Source: a virus. From it: 64,000 nucleotides of DNA. Position 1 is the first letter of the stretch, and each line of letters begins with the position of its first letter. The DNA is taken from IMG/VR virus record IMGVR_UViG_3300009703_002430, positions 19,646-83,645 of that record; one strand, given 5' to 3'. The notes beneath the pieces were generated by a model. That model did not search any database and was not told the DNA's origin. It worked only from the letters and a program-made list of their open reading frames with translations. The position numbers and the translations under genes were made by a program. Of this stretch, positions 1 to 8,326 are shown piece after piece.

Positions 1-203
1 ATGTTTGTAGAGACATTGAGCTGCAAGGTCTTTTTCATTATAACTATGAACCAAAATTGGGGATGTTTCATTACGGCTCAACTGCTTATCCATATATTGC
101 AACCGCGATTGTGGGTGGAAAATGGAATCTTTCGGGATACACGGAATTAAGAGGGATACTGGAAGACTGCAATATTGATTATAATGACAGAGGGTTTTTA
201 TAA
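1..203 (+). CDS. 3' end of a gene truncated by the window edge, part of the glycan cluster (unknown function)
   Basis: Frame from nt 3 is open to TAA 201-203 (...GMFHYGSTAYPYIATAIVGGKWNLSGYTELRGILEDCNIDYNDRGFL*); TAATG overlap with the next gene. Confidence 0.7.
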   Translation, partial: VCRDIELQGLFHYNYEPKLGMFHYGSTAYPYIATAIVGGKWNLSGYTELRGILEDCNIDYNDRGFL

Positions 204-682
204 TGGCTATAGAACTTGTAATATTAGACATAGATGGAGTGCTGACAGATGGCACAAAAATATACGACGAGGATCACAACGTGGTAGCAAAGAAGTACTG
301 TGACCTAGACTTCACCGCTATAAAAAGAATGGCCAAAGCCGGGGTCAATGTATGTTTTTTGTCGGGAGACAAAAGAATAAACGAGGGCATGGCTAACAAA
401 AGAGGAATCGACTTTTGGTATAGCAGGCAAAAGCTTGAGACTCTAGAGCAGATATTAGATAAATACAAATGCAGAGCATCTAACGTGGCGTTTATGGGGG
501 ATGATGTTTTTGACATTCCAGTAATGAAAGCTGTAAGTTTCTCATGCTGTCCAATAAATGCCCCAGTAGATGTACAACACGTAGCAGATAAAATCTTTCA
601 GCGCAGAAGCGGCGAGTATCTAGTCTCAGCGCTATACGACTATTTGGCGCTAAATAGATTAATACCAAAGGCAATGATTTAA
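203..682 (+). CDS. HAD phosphatase, KdsC/YrbI (Kdo-8-P phosphatase-like) family
   Basis: Motif I LDIDGVLTDG, motif II LSG, motif IV GDDVFD, 159 aa. Confidence 0.85.
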   Translation: MAIELVILDIDGVLTDGTKIYDEDHNVVAKKYCDLDFTAIKRMAKAGVNVCFLSGDKRINEGMANKRGIDFWYSRQKLETLEQILDKYKCRASNVAFMGDDVFDIPVMKAVSFSCCPINAPVDVQHVADKIFQRRSGEYLVSALYDYLALNRLIPKAMI

Positions 683-685
683 CAT

Positions 686-1381
686 ATGACACACCAAAGA
701 AAAATATTCCTGTTCGGGCAAAAGTATACAGACTACATATATACCATGGGTTCCGAAATAAAACTAGGTACTAGGAATCATGCTCAAGCTTATAAGACAC
801 AGCTTGGAGGAATATACAACATAGTAAGATTTGGGATAAACAGCGCAAACTATGTCTGCAAGACTTTTGGCGAAACAGATGCGGTTATTATACAGGAGCT
901 GTCAGAATCAAGAAGAACATCAATAACTAGGTACAAGCACGAAGAAGACATGACCCTTGAGGTTACAAGTTGTGAGTGGGCACATATAGCATACATAGAC
1001 GACACAGCCGCCCTGCCAAACATAGAGCACTTCAATGTTCCCGTAACTTATGATTTTTGTACTGACACTGATAGAACTATATACAAAGATTTGATAGACA
1101 AAGCCGATTTTATCTTCGACTCAAGAGAGAATAAGCACCTATATGCTAAGCTGGATACAGATACAAAGATTGTATTGCACGACCCATACGGGTCTGAGGT
1201 ATTGCACAAAGGCAAAGTTTTCTACAAGCAAGAAATTGTTCCGATAAAAAGACTGGCAGTTAATGGCGCTGGCGACCTTTTTGCATCAATCTTTATCAAC
1301 TTGTGCTTAGAGCGTGACTTTAAAACAGCCGCACAATTCGCGACACATTTAACCAAGGACTTCATGTTAAGGAACCTATAA
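686..1381 (+). CDS. PfkB/ribokinase-like carbohydrate kinase (divergent)
   Basis: C-terminal anion-hole motif VNGAGDLF matches the PfkB GAGD signature; the rest is divergent. Confidence 0.6.
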   Translation: MTHQRKIFLFGQKYTDYIYTMGSEIKLGTRNHAQAYKTQLGGIYNIVRFGINSANYVCKTFGETDAVIIQELSESRRTSITRYKHEEDMTLEVTSCEWAHIAYIDDTAALPNIEHFNVPVTYDFCTDTDRTIYKDLIDKADFIFDSRENKHLYAKLDTDTKIVLHDPYGSEVLHKGKVFYKQEIVPIKRLAVNGAGDLFASIFINLCLERDFKTAAQFATHLTKDFMLRNL

Positions 1382-2544
1382 TGAAATATAATATTCTAAT
1401 TCCAATGGCTGGTAAAGCTCAGAGATTTGCTGATGCAGGTTACACAATGCCAAAACCACTTATAATGGCTAAAACGAAGCAGATCATAGATTGGGCAATG
1501 ACTTCGGTTGACACAGCTGAGGCAAATTTGATTTTTGCAATTAGGTTAGACCATATAAATAATTTTGCGATAGACGAAATACTGCGAGAAAAGTTTGGAA
1601 ATAAGATAAACTTAGTGATTATTGATGGCGATACGGATGGTTCTGTATCTACATGCCTATTGGCTAAAGAACATATAAATAATGATAAGCCGCTCTTGAT
1701 ATATACGCCAGATGTTTACTTTGAGCCAACGTTTGATCCTTCAACAATTAGCGAGGATGCAGACGGGTTCTTGTTAACATTTAAAGCCAATAGTCCAGCT
1801 CACAGCTACATAGCGCTAGACGAATCCGGCAGAGCTGTTAAGACGGCAGAGAAGCAAGTTATTAGCCAAAACGCAGCGGTGGGCGTTTACTATTACAAGA
1901 CGGGTAGAATGTTTGTTCAATATGCAGAAGAGCTTGTAAACAAAAACATTAGGACAAAAGATGAATTTTATATTTGCCCCATGTATAATTTACTAATAAG
2001 AGATGGGTTAGATGTTTATATCAAGCAGGTGGAGAAAATGCACGTACTAGGAACGCCTGCTGAGCTAGAATTCTTTATAGACAATGTGACGTATGAATTT
2101 GGTGAGAAGCCAATCGCTCTTTGTTCGGATCACTCAGGTTTCAAGACAAAAGAAAAAGCCAAAAACATCTTGTCTAAATATAACATGCCGTATATAGACT
2201 TTGGAGCATTGGTTGGTAAAGACTCTGACTACAACGACTTCATGACACAGGCTGGTGACGCAATAAACTCTAAGGTTTGTGACTTTGGATTTGGATTTTG
2301 CAGAACAGGTCAAGGTATTAACATCTCTGCCAACCATATCAAGGGCATTAGGGCGGCCTTAATATTTGATGAGTACACTGCAGAAATGTCCAGAAGACAC
2401 AACTGCGCTAACTTCTTCAGTATTCCAGAAAAATATGTAGATGCAGAAATCCTAGAAAAGATTATACTATCGCTAAAGAACAATTCGTTTGACGGCGGTA
2501 GACACATGACTAGAATGAAAAAGACTATTGATATTGGTGGCTAA
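1381..2544 (+). CDS. Fusion: sugar nucleotidyltransferase (GT-A fold) + RpiB/LacAB sugar-phosphate isomerase
   Basis: N-term IPMAGKAQRFADAGYTMPKPLI (NTP-transferase motif). C-term SDHSG, CRTGQG, ANHIKGIRAA, RRHNCAN and FDGGRH are RpiB motifs. Confidence 0.85.
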   Translation: MKYNILIPMAGKAQRFADAGYTMPKPLIMAKTKQIIDWAMTSVDTAEANLIFAIRLDHINNFAIDEILREKFGNKINLVIIDGDTDGSVSTCLLAKEHINNDKPLLIYTPDVYFEPTFDPSTISEDADGFLLTFKANSPAHSYIALDESGRAVKTAEKQVISQNAAVGVYYYKTGRMFVQYAEELVNKNIRTKDEFYICPMYNLLIRDGLDVYIKQVEKMHVLGTPAELEFFIDNVTYEFGEKPIALCSDHSGFKTKEKAKNILSKYNMPYIDFGALVGKDSDYNDFMTQAGDAINSKVCDFGFGFCRTGQGINISANHIKGIRAALIFDEYTAEMSRRHNCANFFSIPEKYVDAEILEKIILSLKNNSFDGGRHMTRMKKTIDIGG

Positions 2545-3140
2545 TGTTTTTAAGCGAAAAAGATAAGTTCATATTTGTACATGTTCCAAAGACCGGCGGG
2601 ACATCCATGCACATAGCTTTTAAAGACCACTATAGCGTGGCCGACAGAACAGACCCAGAGCCAGAGGAGCACCACGCACCTTTGTGGGAAATACTCAACA
2701 ATAATTCGTTTGCTGAAGGTATAGAAGAATACTACACTTTTGGATTTGTGAGAAATCCTTGGGACAGACTTGTCTCAGGTTTTCATGACTTTCAACAGCA
2801 GAGAGCTCAGCTTTCTGGGATAGAGTTTAAAGACTTTGCTATAAACATGGCTAAAGGAGAGGGGAGATATCACGAATTAATTCGAGACGTACACTTTAGG
2901 CCGCAGCACACTTTTTTAGACTGCGTTGAAAAGACGATTGATTTCGTAGGCAGGTATGAAGATCTAATAAACTCATTTAAGTACGTTATGAATGAGTTGA
3001 ATTTACCACCTCTCACCCTGTATAAGCACAGAACTTCAAGCCATCCACCGTATCAACAACTTTACGACCAATATACTATAGATGTAGTTGCCGACCTGTT
3101 TAAGGAAGATATAAAAACTTTTGGATATGAATATGAATAA
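2544..3140 (+). CDS. Sulfotransferase family 2 (carbohydrate sulfotransferase-like)
   Basis: 5'-PSB motif FVHVPKTGGTS, 3'-PB motif FVRNPWDRLVS, HFRPQ. Confidence 0.85.
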   Translation: MFLSEKDKFIFVHVPKTGGTSMHIAFKDHYSVADRTDPEPEEHHAPLWEILNNNSFAEGIEEYYTFGFVRNPWDRLVSGFHDFQQQRAQLSGIEFKDFAINMAKGEGRYHELIRDVHFRPQHTFLDCVEKTIDFVGRYEDLINSFKYVMNELNLPPLTLYKHRTSSHPPYQQLYDQYTIDVVADLFKEDIKTFGYEYE

Positions 3141-3792
3141 AATAGGACTAGTCTTCTCTCATGTATTTGTGAGAGGCGAAGAAAAATATAAGTTTGATAT
3201 GATTGAGTATTGCGCACAAAAAATGCGCGAGTTCGATGATTTTTTTATTGTTCTGTCTGGACACGGAGATAAACCTCCAGAAAATTTTGCAGATGTGTTT
3301 GACGAAATCTACTGGGAAGATGCGATAAAAACAAACGAGATAGGAAGAGGGCATCCTTACTTTTGCAGGAAGGGCTTCGAGATATGCCAGCAAAATGGTT
3401 TGAGCAAAACTTTAAAGCTTAGGGCGTTTGACTATATAAAAAACAAGGAGTTGTTTGAGCTACTGAAGAACAGCGAAAGCCTAGCCACTTTTTCAGAGCA
3501 AACTTCAATCGAGAAAGAGTTCTTGGGAGACCTTTTCATGTTCGGTGAAACCAGTTTTTTGGTCGATTTATGGTCTACTCTTAAATGGGACTACTCAAAG
3601 AGTGGTTTGATAAATTTATATTACAGCATGTTACATATGAATCCAGACTTCAAAGAAAATACTAGCTTTGTTTCGCCTCAAGACATAGGCTGGCACACAG
3701 CAGAAGGACTCTGGGATATTACACATAAAAAAACTAAGGGTGAAGTCTTATGGGGTCAACTTCCCGGCTTCGGTTATTACGGAGGATTTTAA
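3133..3792 (+). CDS. Hypothetical protein in the glycan cluster (possibly glycosyltransferase-like); start uncertain (3121/3127/3133)
   Basis: Long ORF tightly packed between neighbours; GGA 7 nt before ATG 3133; no motif securely recognised. Confidence 0.7.
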   Translation: MNKIGLVFSHVFVRGEEKYKFDMIEYCAQKMREFDDFFIVLSGHGDKPPENFADVFDEIYWEDAIKTNEIGRGHPYFCRKGFEICQQNGLSKTLKLRAFDYIKNKELFELLKNSESLATFSEQTSIEKEFLGDLFMFGETSFLVDLWSTLKWDYSKSGLINLYYSMLHMNPDFKENTSFVSPQDIGWHTAEGLWDITHKKTKGEVLWGQLPGFGYYGGF

Positions 3793-4665
3793 ATGAGCGA
3801 TTTTACAATCGTGGTTCAGGGGCCACTAACAAAAGCAAGCACATGTGCGTGTGTACATTTTTTGGATCACTACATAGAAGACTATCCAGTTGTGATAAGC
3901 ACTTGGAAATCAGAAAACAATGAGGTGGTTGATATACCAGAGGGGTGTGAGATTATCTACGACGACCTCCCAGAAAGACAGAGTGGTAAGATATACGACC
4001 CGTACAGCACATTCTACTGGGCTATAAAGTCTCAATATAACGCAATGGCAAACGTTAAGACAAAATATGTCGTTAAGACTAGAACTGACGAGGGTTTTTA
4101 TCCAATTAAAACAATGATTGATAGTTTTAAGGATGGTGAAGATAACGTATTATTTGGTAACGTATTTTTCAAACCGTTTACGGACTATGCTTATCACATA
4201 GGCGATCACGTATATGTTTGTGAGACTGAAGTGGCGCGTAATGCTCTTAAATACATCTTGGACATGTATGAGGAAAGAACAGCTCCTAAAGACTGGGCTG
4301 TACAAAAGTCTTGGGATGATGATACGAACACCTACTGCGCTGAACAGATATTAGCGTTTGGGTTCTTGCAGGCGCTTGGCTACGATTTCTACACCAGCGT
4401 GAGACACCTGCAAGCTTCATCCACTGTTAATGGCAAAACTGTGAGCATTAGAGACTGGAATAAGCAACCACTACTGGATAGTTTCAACGTTTTTGATATA
4501 GACAATTTTGAAGACTATGTATGCAGATGGGCTCATGAAAATATTATCTTTTCAAAAAATCCAAAGCTCAGAAAAAGCTTTAGTGTTAGAGGTGGGCAAA
4601 CAGCAGAAGAAGCACATTTTGTTGATTTCAAATATGGTGCAATCAGTGAAAAAGAGGAGATATAA
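3793..4665 (+). CDS. WavE-like lipopolysaccharide synthesis protein
   Basis: TIVVQGP, VVISTW and YVVKTRTD motifs resemble the WavE family. Confidence 0.65.
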   Translation: MSDFTIVVQGPLTKASTCACVHFLDHYIEDYPVVISTWKSENNEVVDIPEGCEIIYDDLPERQSGKIYDPYSTFYWAIKSQYNAMANVKTKYVVKTRTDEGFYPIKTMIDSFKDGEDNVLFGNVFFKPFTDYAYHIGDHVYVCETEVARNALKYILDMYEERTAPKDWAVQKSWDDDTNTYCAEQILAFGFLQALGYDFYTSVRHLQASSTVNGKTVSIRDWNKQPLLDSFNVFDIDNFEDYVCRWAHENIIFSKNPKLRKSFSVRGGQTAEEAHFVDFKYGAISEKEEI

Positions 4666-5093
4666 TGAGACTGATATCACACAGGGGAAACTTGGACGGG
4701 CCTCAAGAATGCGATAATGTTATTAGCACCCTTGAAGAAGTATCCAAAGAAATGCTTGTAGAAGTAGACGTTTGGTACATGGAGCACGGCTGGTATCTTG
4801 GTCATGATGGCCCAGAAAGAGCTGTGTCATTTGATTTCATTACGAATCCAAATTTTATTTTACACGCTAAAAACTTGCAAGCCTTGTACAAACTCACAGG
4901 CACTAACCTGCACTACTTTTGGCATCAAGAAGACGACTTTACACTAACATCAAAACAACTAATATGGACATATCCCAGAAAAGAAGTGACTCCAAGATCA
5001 ATCATCGTTTGTCAGACTGCTGAAGAAGCAGTCGAATACAGCACCACTGATGTTTGGGGAATATGTACTGATTTTATAAAGGAGATATCATGA
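4665..5093 (+). CDS. Small PLC/glycerophosphodiester phosphodiesterase-like protein
   Basis: LISHRGN, EVDVW, YLGHD and GICTD motifs. Confidence 0.7.
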   Translation: MRLISHRGNLDGPQECDNVISTLEEVSKEMLVEVDVWYMEHGWYLGHDGPERAVSFDFITNPNFILHAKNLQALYKLTGTNLHYFWHQEDDFTLTSKQLIWTYPRKEVTPRSIIVCQTAEEAVEYSTTDVWGICTDFIKEIS

Positions 5094-5554
5094 ACTTAGG
5101 AATTTACTTTAGGCAGGCAAGCTCCGCTGAGTCTGTCATCGCGGGAGATAAGGATAAAAAGCTAATAGAAGATTTAAATCAGAAATTGTCTGACGGCACT
5201 TTGAATGATGCGGCGATTTTCTATGACTCAATCGGCCCAATAGCTACCGTGCCTAATTTTGGTCTTTTTAACTCAACAGATATATGGGCTTTTACTGGGA
5301 GTCTCATAACAACTTGCTCACAGACTACAATGACATGCAAGAATATAGTTAATAAGTTTAAGCACTATTATTATTACAATCCGTTACAAGAAAAGGATGC
5401 GCTACAGGTAATTCAAGCCGTTAGTAATGACGATGTAAAAGTCATATGCGCCAGCAAGGAGGACGCTAAGGAGCTGGTAAGAATCACAGGCGTAGAGCCG
5501 GAGGCAGTTGTCGAAGGCTTTGAGCTAGAAAAAATTATAGAGGTAGTAAAATGA
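5090..5554 (+). CDS. Hypothetical protein
   Basis: 154-aa ORF with ATGA overlaps at both ends and GGAG SD. Confidence 0.75.
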   Translation: MNLGIYFRQASSAESVIAGDKDKKLIEDLNQKLSDGTLNDAAIFYDSIGPIATVPNFGLFNSTDIWAFTGSLITTCSQTTMTCKNIVNKFKHYYYYNPLQEKDALQVIQAVSNDDVKVICASKEDAKELVRITGVEPEAVVEGFELEKIIEVVK

Positions 5555-6342
5555 ATAAGCAAAGAAGAAACAGTTCTGAAGAACAATCTATTATAGATCT
5601 GTATGAAAAAGAAGGTATGAGTACATACCAGATAGCAGAACATCTAAGCACATATCCCAATAAGATTAGAAGAACTCTTAAAAAGCATGGCATAGAGCTT
5701 AAAACTAGAAGTGAAGCTCAAAAAAATGCGCTGTCTAATGGTAGGGCTAAGCACCCAACTGTTGGTAGAAAGAGAACAAAAGAAGAGCGCCTAAAAATTA
5801 GTAGCTCGGTGTGTGACTATTGGGACAGTATGAGCGAAGATGAATACAAAGATAGATGCAAGCAGGCGTTTGTAAGATGGCACTCTATGTCAGAGGAGCA
5901 AAGACAAAACATTTGTACCCTCGCTATTCAGGCTATCCAAAAAGCTGGGAAAGAAGGTTCTAAGATGGAAAAGTTTGTCCTTCAAGAACTAGAATCGGCG
6001 GGCTATGTAGTGGAGTTCCATAAGAAATCGCTAATTCCTAATGAAAATTTAGAAATTGATTTGTATATTCCCGAGATAAAGACTATAATAGAAGTAGATG
6101 GCCCTTCCCACTTTTTACCAATTTGGGGAGAGCAAAAACTTGCTAAGCAAATAAAAGCAGACGCTCAAAAGTCGGGCTTAATACTAAGCAAGGGCTATCT
6201 AATCATAAGAGTAAAATTGACATCAGATTTCGTATCTTTAAAATCAAGATATGAACTTATCAACAGTCTTAAAAACTTATTAAGTAAGATAGGCAGTAAA
6301 TTTCCACCAAAGGGAAAGAGGTATATTGAATTAGAACTATGA
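5551..6342 (+). CDS. HTH + Vsr/DUF559-type PD-(D/E)XK endonuclease (homing-endonuclease-like)
   Basis: N-term HTH (LYEKEGMSTYQIAEHL), NUMOD3-like GRKRTKEERLKIS, C-term EIDLYIPEIKTIIEVDGPSH. Confidence 0.7.
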   Translation: MNKQRRNSSEEQSIIDLYEKEGMSTYQIAEHLSTYPNKIRRTLKKHGIELKTRSEAQKNALSNGRAKHPTVGRKRTKEERLKISSSVCDYWDSMSEDEYKDRCKQAFVRWHSMSEEQRQNICTLAIQAIQKAGKEGSKMEKFVLQELESAGYVVEFHKKSLIPNENLEIDLYIPEIKTIIEVDGPSHFLPIWGEQKLAKQIKADAQKSGLILSKGYLIIRVKLTSDFVSLKSRYELINSLKNLLSKIGSKFPPKGKRYIELEL

Positions 6343-7106
6343 TTAAAAAGGAACAAGAGGATATGTTTGAAACAGTAGAATTGCAAACGGCGCAAGATAT
6401 AGATACGAGCCCAACAGATATTGTGATGTCTGATGCACCAGATATTACATCTCCAGATTGGAACGATTATGTCATGAGCTTGTTTACAGAAAAGGAACTT
6501 TATGATGGCAATCCTTTGGTTGCTGGACTTCGCAGGGTTGCAGAATTGGTTATTGGGCCAATCGTGTTTAGTGGCCCGACGCAAGTCTTTCCACCTCAGA
6601 GAGAAGACCATCACGGTAGAGCTACTGTGGTTTTCACAGTAGAGTTTGACAACGGTATGAGATTTTCAGACGTTGCAGACTGCTGGGAAGGAAACACAGA
6701 CGATATGTTTTGTGCATACGCTGTGGCAACTGCCAGCACAAGAGCTGAAGGAAGAGCTCTTAGGAAAGCACTTAGAATCAAGGCTGTCGCAGCTGAGGAG
6801 ATGACTAAGAAGGATACGGCAAAGATCGTTAGAGATTTGTCTACCAAGAAGGACAGTTCTGATGGTGGCTACAACGAAGATAGTCGTATGTCAGACGCGC
6901 AGTACAACTTCATTGATGTGAAGTGTAAGCAATTAAATGTGAACGGAGAGGAATTGTTTAAACAAATATTCTCCGTAGATAATAAACGTAAGGTATCAAA
7001 AAAGGTAGCAAGCGATATTATCGACAAACTCAATGAATATCAGAGGGATAAAAGTAATATCCCAGAGGCAATTTTAGGTTATACTCAGGAGTGGCGTGAA
7101 TCATGA
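6339..7106 (+). CDS. Rad52/Sak-like single-strand annealing protein
   Basis: ATVVFTVEF strand then ATASTRAEGRALRKAL helix; C-terminal MSDAQYNFI helical module typical of phage SSAPs. Confidence 0.6.
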   Translation: MIKKEQEDMFETVELQTAQDIDTSPTDIVMSDAPDITSPDWNDYVMSLFTEKELYDGNPLVAGLRRVAELVIGPIVFSGPTQVFPPQREDHHGRATVVFTVEFDNGMRFSDVADCWEGNTDDMFCAYAVATASTRAEGRALRKALRIKAVAAEEMTKKDTAKIVRDLSTKKDSSDGGYNEDSRMSDAQYNFIDVKCKQLNVNGEELFKQIFSVDNKRKVSKKVASDIIDKLNEYQRDKSNIPEAILGYTQEWRES

Positions 7107-7438
7107 AATTAAGATACACAACTAAAAATGGTAAAATTAGCGTAGAATTTGATGGAGACTCTCACAGAGATCTCTTTGAACAGATCAACAAGTTCCAAGA
7201 AGTCTTTGAAGAAGATGTATGCGGCAAGTGTGGGCACGACGACATTAAGTTTGTTGTCCGCACAGTTGATGAAAATCAATACTACGAATTAAGATGTGCC
7301 AACTGCGGTGCTAGGCTTTCGTTTGGTGCCAATAAGAAAGGCGGTGGTTTGTTTCCTAAACGTAAGGATAGCGAAGGAAATTGGCTCCCAGATAAAGGCT
7401 GGGTTAAATGGAATCCCAAGACTGAGCGCAACGAATGA
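7103..7438 (+). CDS. Small protein with two CxxC motifs (putative Zn-binding)
   Basis: CGKC and CANC; ATGA overlap; GGAG SD. Confidence 0.75.
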   Translation: MKLRYTTKNGKISVEFDGDSHRDLFEQINKFQEVFEEDVCGKCGHDDIKFVVRTVDENQYYELRCANCGARLSFGANKKGGGLFPKRKDSEGNWLPDKGWVKWNPKTERNE

Positions 7439-7459
7439 TCGCCTAGCCCCAGTTGGACT

Positions 7460-7499
7460 AAAAAAGCCCCTTTCCATACGGATTGGGGCTTCTTTTTTT
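7460..7499. terminator. Bidirectional rho-independent terminator
   Basis: AAAAAAGCCCC-tttccatacggatt-GGGGCTTCTTTTTTT: GC stem flanked by an A-run and a T-run, between convergent gene blocks. Confidence 0.85.
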
Positions 7500-8299
7500 G
7501 AAACTACTTTTTTAGATTACAGATACTCTAAAGTAAAGTAAAGTCCGTAATCTGTTTTGCTACCTACAGAGTCTGGTGATGCACTGATGGCACAGTACCA
7601 GTCGTGTCTAACGGATTGGTGAGCAGCTCCATCTCTACTGTTATGACCAAGCGTTGAATCTACAAGTGGGTCTGGATCGTTAGTATTAGTGTTCATACCA
7701 CTAACTCCCGGCCCTGCAGTGAAGTCAAGTTCAGCAGCCGTGCTTATAATCCCAGAAGGTGAGAACTCTTTCCAAGTGTCTGCAGCGACCTGTTTATGGT
7801 CTAGATTCGCTACTGACTGTAGAGTTGCAGGATGTCTAACTTCATATACATAAGTATAAACGCCCTTTGCTGGCTTTGTTATATCGTTTCTATCAAAGAT
7901 TTTCATCTTACAGTTTTGCACCTTTACGGCGGCATCATTTGTAAAACTAATCTTTAATGGTGCTAAGTAGTTTGGTAGGTTGGCTAGGAACAAGCCTGCG
8001 TTTCCATTAGAGTCTATACCACTAGTTGGTGTTGCTCCAGCGGTTGGCTCAATAGCTTTTGTATTATGTAGCTGTGTATAGTCACTAGCTGTACCATTAG
8101 CATTTGTAGTAAAAGTAGTAGTTTGATAGTCATTTAAGGGTACTGATATACCGTATCCAGCACCGTAAAAACCTAAGCCAGAGCCAGCACCATGATTAAT
8201 TTCTATAGTGTGGGAGTCTGAGCCTGTGTTACTAACATTATTGGCGTAAAATTTGATTGCCGCTGCCATTTCTAGCTCTCCTCAAAAAAAAGTAGTTTC
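7500..8299. repeat. Perfect 14-bp inverted repeat (7500-7513 / 8286-8299) flanking the 250-aa gene
   Basis: GAAACTACTTTTTT at 7500-7513 and its reverse complement AAAAAAGTAGTTTC at 8286-8299. Confidence 0.85.
7517..8269 (-). CDS. Putative highly expressed virion protein (unknown function)
   Basis: 250 aa, Ala/Thr/Gly-rich; GAGGAG SD, own promoter-like motif and terminator; last gene of the structural block. Confidence 0.8.
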   Translation of the reverse strand: MAAAIKFYANNVSNTGSDSHTIEINHGAGSGLGFYGAGYGISVPLNDYQTTTFTTNANGTASDYTQLHNTKAIEPTAGATPTSGIDSNGNAGLFLANLPNYLAPLKISFTNDAAVKVQNCKMKIFDRNDITKPAKGVYTYVYEVRHPATLQSVANLDHKQVAADTWKEFSPSGIISTAAELDFTAGPGVSGMNTNTNDPDPLVDSTLGHNSRDGAAHQSVRHDWYCAISASPDSVGSKTDYGLYFTLEYL

Positions 8300-8315
8300 T
8301 ATAATAAATATACAC
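8299..8315 (-). promoter_or_regulatory. Putative late promoter GTGTATATTTATTATAG
   Basis: Intergenic; 16/17 identical to the site at 56046-56062. Confidence 0.6.
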
Positions 8316-8326
8316 GAAATTTTCTA

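Noticed and set aside
8074-8080. GTGTATA on the + strand
   Set aside because: Lacks the WT..TAG extension and is antisense inside a gene; consistent with chance.
7500-8299. IS/MITE interpretation of the inverted repeats
   Set aside because: No transposase-like sequence in the enclosed ORF and no target-site duplication in the flanks.
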